Origin: Pseudidiomarina andamanensis
GTDB lineage: Bacteria; Pseudomonadota; Gammaproteobacteria; Enterobacterales; Alteromonadaceae
Direction: 5' to 3'
Length of the DNA: 32,000 bases
Assembly (NCBI RefSeq): GCF_009734345.1
Contig: NZ_CP032551.1
Coordinates: forward strand, 2,010,001-2,042,000
The notes under the pieces were generated by a model. The model was not told the DNA's origin. It did no database searches and saw nothing but the letters and a program-made list of their open reading frames with translations. Position numbers and translations under genes: made by a program. Position 1 is the stretch's first letter. Every line of letters begins with the position of its first letter. Shown one piece after another: positions 27,952-32,000 of the stretch.

Positions 27952-28106
27952 GTCAAATCCCACAATTAATGCAAAAATAGCGGAATTGCTGCTTTCCCCC
28001 AAAAAATTTTTTGATAAAAATTGGCTAGAAAGCTCACATTTGAAGATTCAGGCAATTTATCGTGTAGTATCATTAATAAATCCTATCTTATATCGAGTGC
28101 TGAAAG

Positions 28107-28532
28107 ATGAAATCCATGTACGGAGAGGCGTTTACGTTCGACCTAGCTCAATTCAGAGCGGCTCATGACCAGGCAACACTTGAAGATGATAAAGTAGGAT
28201 TCAAGACAGCCGTTAATATCTTAGAGTTATGGAAGTTTACTGATACTGAAAAAGCAATCGTTCTAGGCGATTTCTCTGGTGCGACATTTCGCAGAGTTAA
28301 GGGCGGTAATTTGGTTCGAAAACTGACGATAGACCGCCGTACTCGGGTTTCATTAATTTTAGGTATTCATAAGGCATTAAGAACGATGTTCATTCAGGAC
28401 AAGCATCGGCTAGAATGGGTCAAGAACAAAAATCGAGCTTTCAACGATCATTCGCCCAAGGAGTTGATGCTCTCTGGCGCACTTATCGGTCTACATGAGA
28501 TTCGTCGCTACTTAGATTCCGCGTTAGTGTAA
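28107..28532 (+). CDS. Xre/MbcA/ParS-type type II antitoxin (Xre-like HTH + DUF2384 toxin-binding domain), no cognate toxin adjacent
   Basis: 141 aa. …AVNILELWKFTDTEKAIVLG…FRRVKGG… (HTH-like) followed by …RVSLILGIHKALRTMF…WVKNKNRAFNDHSPKELMLSGALIGLHEIRRYLDSAL. The second part is the characteristic DUF2384 C-terminal pattern. Confidence 0.75.
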   Translation: MKSMYGEAFTFDLAQFRAAHDQATLEDDKVGFKTAVNILELWKFTDTEKAIVLGDFSGATFRRVKGGNLVRKLTIDRRTRVSLILGIHKALRTMFIQDKHRLEWVKNKNRAFNDHSPKELMLSGALIGLHEIRRYLDSALV

Positions 28533-28614
28533 ATTTCACCCTCCAGACTCTCTTTAATGTCTTGAAAGAGCGCAGGTAAAATTGCTGTGTTACTGTAGGT
28601 AGTAGCTTGGCTGT

Positions 28615-28640
28615 TTTTTATAACGAATTTTTATAACGAA
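28615..28640. repeat. perfect tandem duplication 2 x 13 bp (tttttataacgaa)
   Basis: 28615-27 and 28628-40 are identical. They sit between the antitoxin gene and repeat copy B. Confidence 0.9.
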
Positions 28641-28660
28641 TAACTTCTTAGCACTCACTG

Positions 28661-28749
28661 TCTTGCCGATGCCCTCGTTTATAGCGATGAATCATCCGAC
28701 GTCGTACACCACATTGTGACATCACCAATACAACCCGTTTCTCGTTCAC
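28661..28749. repeat. copy B of the imperfect direct repeat, immediately upstream of comM
   Basis: See copy A. Contains the palindrome CGACGTCG (28696-28703) and GTGAcaTCAC (28716-28725). It ends about 25 nt before the comM RBS aaggagg (28773-28779). Confidence 0.75.
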
Positions 28750-28786
28750 TGCTATAGTTTTACTAGTAGAGCCAAGGAGGGCAGTG

Positions 28787-30325
28787 ATGGCAGGTAAAGC
28801 TGTTTCAATTGCGCGTGTGTTTACGCGCGCAACGCAGGGCATTGAGGCGCCGCAAGTCTCGGTGGAAGTTTGTTTGGCAGGCGGGTTACCGGGGTTTGCT
28901 GTAGTTGGTTTGCCGCAAGCAGGGGTGCGAGAAGCGCGTGACCGGGTGCGTTCGGCGATTCTCGCCAGCGGTTATAGCTTTCCCAAAGCGACAAAAATCA
29001 CAGTGAACTTAGCGCCGGCGGATTTACCCAAGTACGGTGCGCGATATGACCTTGCTATTGCCATCGGCATTTTGGTGGCTGACGGACAAATCAGCGAACG
29101 TGCAGTTGCTGGTCGCGAGTTTTATGGTGAACTAACACTCAATGGCGATTTGCGTGAAGTGACGGGTATTCTTCCTGCGGTGTTACGCTGTCGCGACGAG
29201 GGGCGTGAAGCGGTTATTCCGCTCGACAATGCGGAGGAGGCTGCTGCGTTAACAGTGCAACAATGCGTTGCGGCGATTAGTTTGCGCGATGTGTTTGAGC
29301 ATTTAACCAGCCCGTCGCCGTTGCCATACATTAAACCGTCAAACGAAAAACCCCAACTCACGCCGCATGGTGATATCGCCGATGTGATTGGACAAGAGCA
29401 AGCCAAACGGGCGTTATTACTCGCGGCAAGTGGTGGTCATCATATTCTATTTGTGGGGCCGCCGGGCACTGGCAAAACCATGTTGGCGCAACGCTTACTT
29501 GGGTTGTTACCACCGCTAGATGAACGCGATGGGCTGGATGTGGCCGCCATTCGTTCGGTCAGCGGCACACTACGCAGTGTACATTGGCAGCAACGGATAC
29601 TTCGTGCGCCGCACCACTCCTGCTCGGCGGCGGCGCTTGTCGGTGGGGGCTCACCACCACAACCTGGTGAGATTTCATTAGCGCACCGCTCCTTATTGTT
29701 CCTAGACGAACTGCCGGAGTTCGCTCGACATGTTCTTGACTCATTGCGAGAGCCGCTCGAATCCGGGCATGTCACGATCAGTCGCGCCGGTCATCAGGTA
29801 ACTTACCCAGCACAATTCCAATTGATTTGTGCGTTAAATCCGTCACCCTGCGGTCACTTTGACGGAACGTTAGCTAGCGCTCGTGCAACACCTGATCAAA
29901 TCATGCGTTATTTGGGAAAATTATCAGGACCGTTATTAGATCGAATCGACATGCAGGTGGATGTACCGCGACAGCCAGATGTGCTGAAACAACAACATCA
30001 GCAGGCTGATCCGGTCACGCCCGTTTGGCGTGACTATGTGCGTGAGGCGAGAGCGACGCAACTTGAGCGTCAAGGTTGCTTAAACACTGAACTGAAGCCA
30101 AGCCAGCTCGCAGAGTTCTGTAAGTTAGACGATGATGATCATCAGTTTCTAGTGGCCGCGATTGAGCAATTTAAACTGTCGCACCGTGCCTATCATCGGC
30201 TGCTACGATTAGCCCGTACTATTGCTGATTTAGCTGATGCCGAGATGATTTCCCGAACCCATTTGGCCGAGGCGCTCAGCTTCCGAGCCCTCGACCGCCT
30301 TTTACAGCAGTTACACGCGAGCTAG
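28787..30325 (+). CDS. comM: Mg-chelatase-like AAA+ protein ComM/YifB (full length, uninterrupted)
   Basis: …VVGLPQAGVREARDRVRSAILASGYSFP…ITVNLAPADLPK…, Walker A GPPGTGKT and the C-terminal …SHRAYHRLLRLARTIADL… are colinear with YifB/ComM. ATG 28787 sits 7 nt after aaggagg. The track start is GTG 28784. Confidence 0.92.
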   Translation: MAGKAVSIARVFTRATQGIEAPQVSVEVCLAGGLPGFAVVGLPQAGVREARDRVRSAILASGYSFPKATKITVNLAPADLPKYGARYDLAIAIGILVADGQISERAVAGREFYGELTLNGDLREVTGILPAVLRCRDEGREAVIPLDNAEEAAALTVQQCVAAISLRDVFEHLTSPSPLPYIKPSNEKPQLTPHGDIADVIGQEQAKRALLLAASGGHHILFVGPPGTGKTMLAQRLLGLLPPLDERDGLDVAAIRSVSGTLRSVHWQQRILRAPHHSCSAAALVGGGSPPQPGEISLAHRSLLFLDELPEFARHVLDSLREPLESGHVTISRAGHQVTYPAQFQLICALNPSPCGHFDGTLASARATPDQIMRYLGKLSGPLLDRIDMQVDVPRQPDVLKQQHQQADPVTPVWRDYVREARATQLERQGCLNTELKPSQLAEFCKLDDDDHQFLVAAIEQFKLSHRAYHRLLRLARTIADLADAEMISRTHLAEALSFRALDRLLQQLHAS

Positions 30326-31333
30326 GGCTTGCTTGAATAACGTTAGTACTTGCTCGACATCAGAACGTGAAATATTCAAATGGGTCACAAGACGCATGCG
30401 TTGTGAACGTGCTGTTAATACGCCGTTTTCGCGTAAGTAATCGCTTACTTTTTGAGCTGCTTCAAGGTTTGCAAAATTAACGTACACCATATTGGTTTGC
30501 GCTGGCTCAACCTGCAAGTCGGCATGTTGAGTAGCAAGTTCAGCCAAGCCATCATGCAACAACTGGGCATGTGCGTGGTCGTCGGCAAGTCGCTCAATGT
30601 GATGATCTAAGGCATGATCCATCGCTGCTGCAACAATACCCGCTTGGCGCATGCCGCCGCCGAGCATTTTGCGCCACCGGTGCGCGCGTTGAATAAACTT
30701 TTTGGTCCCCACTAACACTGAACCAATTGGCGTGCCGAGGCCTTTTGAAAAGCAAATGGACACACTATCAAACGGCGCTGATAGCTCAGCTAGTGACAAC
30801 CCAGTCGCAACACTGGCGTTAAACACCCGGGCACCATCAAGGTGCAGCTTCAGGCCATGTTTATCACATAACCGCCGTGCTTTGAGCATGTAATCCTGGG
30901 GAATGACGCGGCCTGTATGGGTGTTCTCTAACGACAACAAGCGCGTGATTGGAAAGTGTGGGTCATCGGGTTTGATGCGTTTTTCAACCGCACTCAAATT
31001 CAGTGTACCGTCCGCTTCAATTTCAAACGGCTGCGGCACAATACCGCCAAGTACCGCCGCGCCGCCAGCCTCATAACGGTAGGTATGGTACTCTTGCCCA
31101 ACCAAATACTCATCGCCGCGTTGGCAGTGACTAAGTAGCGCGAGTAAGTTGGTTTGTGTGCCGCTGCTGGCAATTAACGCAGCTTCTTTCCCAGCGAGTT
31201 TGGCAACCCGTTGTTGCAATGCATTGATGGTTGGGTCATCGCCAAAAACATCGTCTCCCACAGGCGCTGCAGCCATGGCTGCGCGCATTGCGGCGGTTGG
31301 TTGCGTAACTGTGTCACTACGTAAATCAATCAT
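30311..31333 (-). CDS. ltaE: low-specificity L-threonine aldolase
   Basis: 340 aa. [13 protein letters not shown]… N-terminus and a PLP-fold pattern (…CFSKGLG… with the Lys) typical of LtaE. Confidence 0.9.
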   Translation of the reverse strand: MIDLRSDTVTQPTAAMRAAMAAAPVGDDVFGDDPTINALQQRVAKLAGKEAALIASSGTQTNLLALLSHCQRGDEYLVGQEYHTYRYEAGGAAVLGGIVPQPFEIEADGTLNLSAVEKRIKPDDPHFPITRLLSLENTHTGRVIPQDYMLKARRLCDKHGLKLHLDGARVFNASVATGLSLAELSAPFDSVSICFSKGLGTPIGSVLVGTKKFIQRAHRWRKMLGGGMRQAGIVAAAMDHALDHHIERLADDHAHAQLLHDGLAELATQHADLQVEPAQTNMVYVNFANLEAAQKVSDYLRENGVLTARSQRMRLVTHLNISRSDVEQVLTLFKQALARV

Positions 31334-31368
31334 CGAAGCGAACCCTTCTCAATAATGAAAACTGAAGT

Positions 31369-31995
31369 TTACTGAGCATAACCCCAAGCTGGCGGGGGTA
31401 CATCAACTGGCGTACTTAAATCCACATGAACTTCAAAGATGCGACCTGGGCGCGATAGCTTATAGCTCATGGTTTTGTCATCGACAAAGCTAATGGTCCA
31501 AGTATTAGTCACCGAAACATCAAGGCCATTTTCAATAAACAATGCTTGGCTGGCTTCATCCACTGGGAATGCCTGCATTGTGGCGCTGCCCGCGGCTAAC
31601 GTTTGTCCACCATACGGCGATACATCGTCGGCGCTACCGTCTTCGTGCAAGTGGTAATGTTGAAAATCGATATAGCCTGGATGCTGTGTTAATACCCAAG
31701 TGCGCGAGCGGTCATCGCCGACATGCAATGGCATACGAATGGTATTTTCTTCGCAGTCACGAATATGCACCACTAAGGGTTTGTCCCAAGCTGGGCTTGG
31801 CTGGTTGTCTTCAACAATGGTTGCAGCAAAAGCCTGACCGCAATAAGGGCGAAAGGTGTTAATAAAGGTTGTCTGTTCTGCCACATAACCAGTGTTCGAA
31901 GTTTGTTCTGCTGGCGCACAAGCGGCTAACATCAAAACGCCAGCGGCGATGGCAGCACGCTGCGAAGCCGATAAATAATTGTGTAAGTGGTGCAT
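31369..31995 (-). CDS. hypothetical lipoprotein
   Basis: 208 aa with a signal peptide and lipobox LAAC. Family not recognised. Confidence 0.55.
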   Translation of the reverse strand: MHHLHNYLSASQRAAIAAGVLMLAACAPAEQTSNTGYVAEQTTFINTFRPYCGQAFAATIVEDNQPSPAWDKPLVVHIRDCEENTIRMPLHVGDDRSRTWVLTQHPGYIDFQHYHLHEDGSADDVSPYGGQTLAAGSATMQAFPVDEASQALFIENGLDVSVTNTWTISFVDDKTMSYKLSRPGRIFEVHVDLSTPVDVPPPAWGYAQ

Positions 31996-32000
31996 CCAAT

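Noticed and set aside
27986-28168. 60-aa plus-strand ORF upstream of and overlapping the antitoxin gene
   Set aside because: It has a TTG start and no SD, and it overlaps the antitoxin start out of frame. The region is more plausibly the antitoxin promoter and 5' UTR: TTGATA at 28011-28016 preceded by the A6T6 palindrome at 28000-28013.
28615-28640. CRISPR array
   Set aside because: There are only two directly abutting 13-bp units with no spacers. No CRISPR-like repeat-spacer periodicity exists anywhere in the window, and there are no cas genes.
25300-28783. Integron gene-cassette array / CALIN (co-directional small ORFs with repeats between them)
   Set aside because: I looked for attC architecture (RYYYAAC … GTTRRRY with internal complementarity) after each ORF. 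Only isolated half-matches were found (GTCTAAC at 26668-26674 without a partner, and GTTAGTC at 27248-27254). The 62-bp repeat has no R''/R' pairing, and no intI is present.
28533-28783. Remnant of a RES-domain toxin downstream of the antitoxin
   Set aside because: All three forward frames are interrupted by multiple stops within a few codons, and no RES-like residues could be read. The segment is occupied by the tandem repeat and repeat copy B.
28648-28842. 64-aa minus-strand ORF spanning the comM start
   Set aside because: Its 5' two-thirds are antisense to the comM RBS and first codons. Only the last 24 codons (28648-28722) coincide with the repeat unit, and these are discussed there as a doubtful mini-ORF.
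1111-31862. Numerous 60-130-aa ORFs nested inside or antisense to the large annotated genes (e.g. 1111-1299, 3003-3212, 7154-7888, 10738-11064, 18886-19284, 22398-23427, 29122-29775, 31469-31862)
   Set aside because: Each lies fully within a longer ORF that has clear family-level sequence signatures. None has its own RBS or a recognisable motif. These are typical shadow ORFs of moderately GC-rich coding DNA.

Overview
This 32-kb window reads like a gammaproteobacterial chromosome, possibly a marine Alteromonadales-like organism; the genus cannot be assigned from sequence alone. It is ordinary core genome interrupted by one AT-rich accessory islet.

Core genes in order:
- cydB (5' part) and cydA (cytochrome bd-type oxidase), yqaA, a secreted amidohydrolase, an S9 peptidase, yqhA, alr, and an NhaC-family antiporter.
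- A Fur-box-preceded TonB-dependent receptor with an overlapping PepSY membrane protein, then a monofunctional prephenate dehydratase, dinB and cytochrome c5.
- A GAF-GAF-GGDEF-EAL signalling protein, rep, ubiK, a lipoprotein, fpr and a type II ndh.
- After the islet: comM/yifB, ltaE and another lipoprotein.

I found no rRNA, tRNA, CRISPR array, integrase or transposase.

The region worth a second look is about 23.6-28.8 kb, between ndh and comM. It holds two lipoprotein genes on the minus strand. These are followed by a co-directional plus-strand string of small, unrecognisable genes separated by long stop-rich spacers:
- a 58-aa membrane peptide
- 153-aa and 127-aa hypothetical proteins
- a 49-aa Gly/Ala-zipper peptide whose stop abuts the GTG start of a 104-aa three-TM protein
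- a full-length Xre/MbcA/ParS-type (DUF2384) antitoxin with no RES or other toxin partner

The antitoxin gene is bracketed by an imperfect direct repeat of about 62-90 bp. This repeat is rich in GTGAC/GTCAC half-sites, and its second copy sits directly on the comM upstream region, next to a perfect 2 x 13-bp tandem repeat.

My best reading is an orphan immunity/antitoxin-type islet, possibly with a domesticated regulator. All functional interpretations there are inference and need HMM, synteny and experimental checks.
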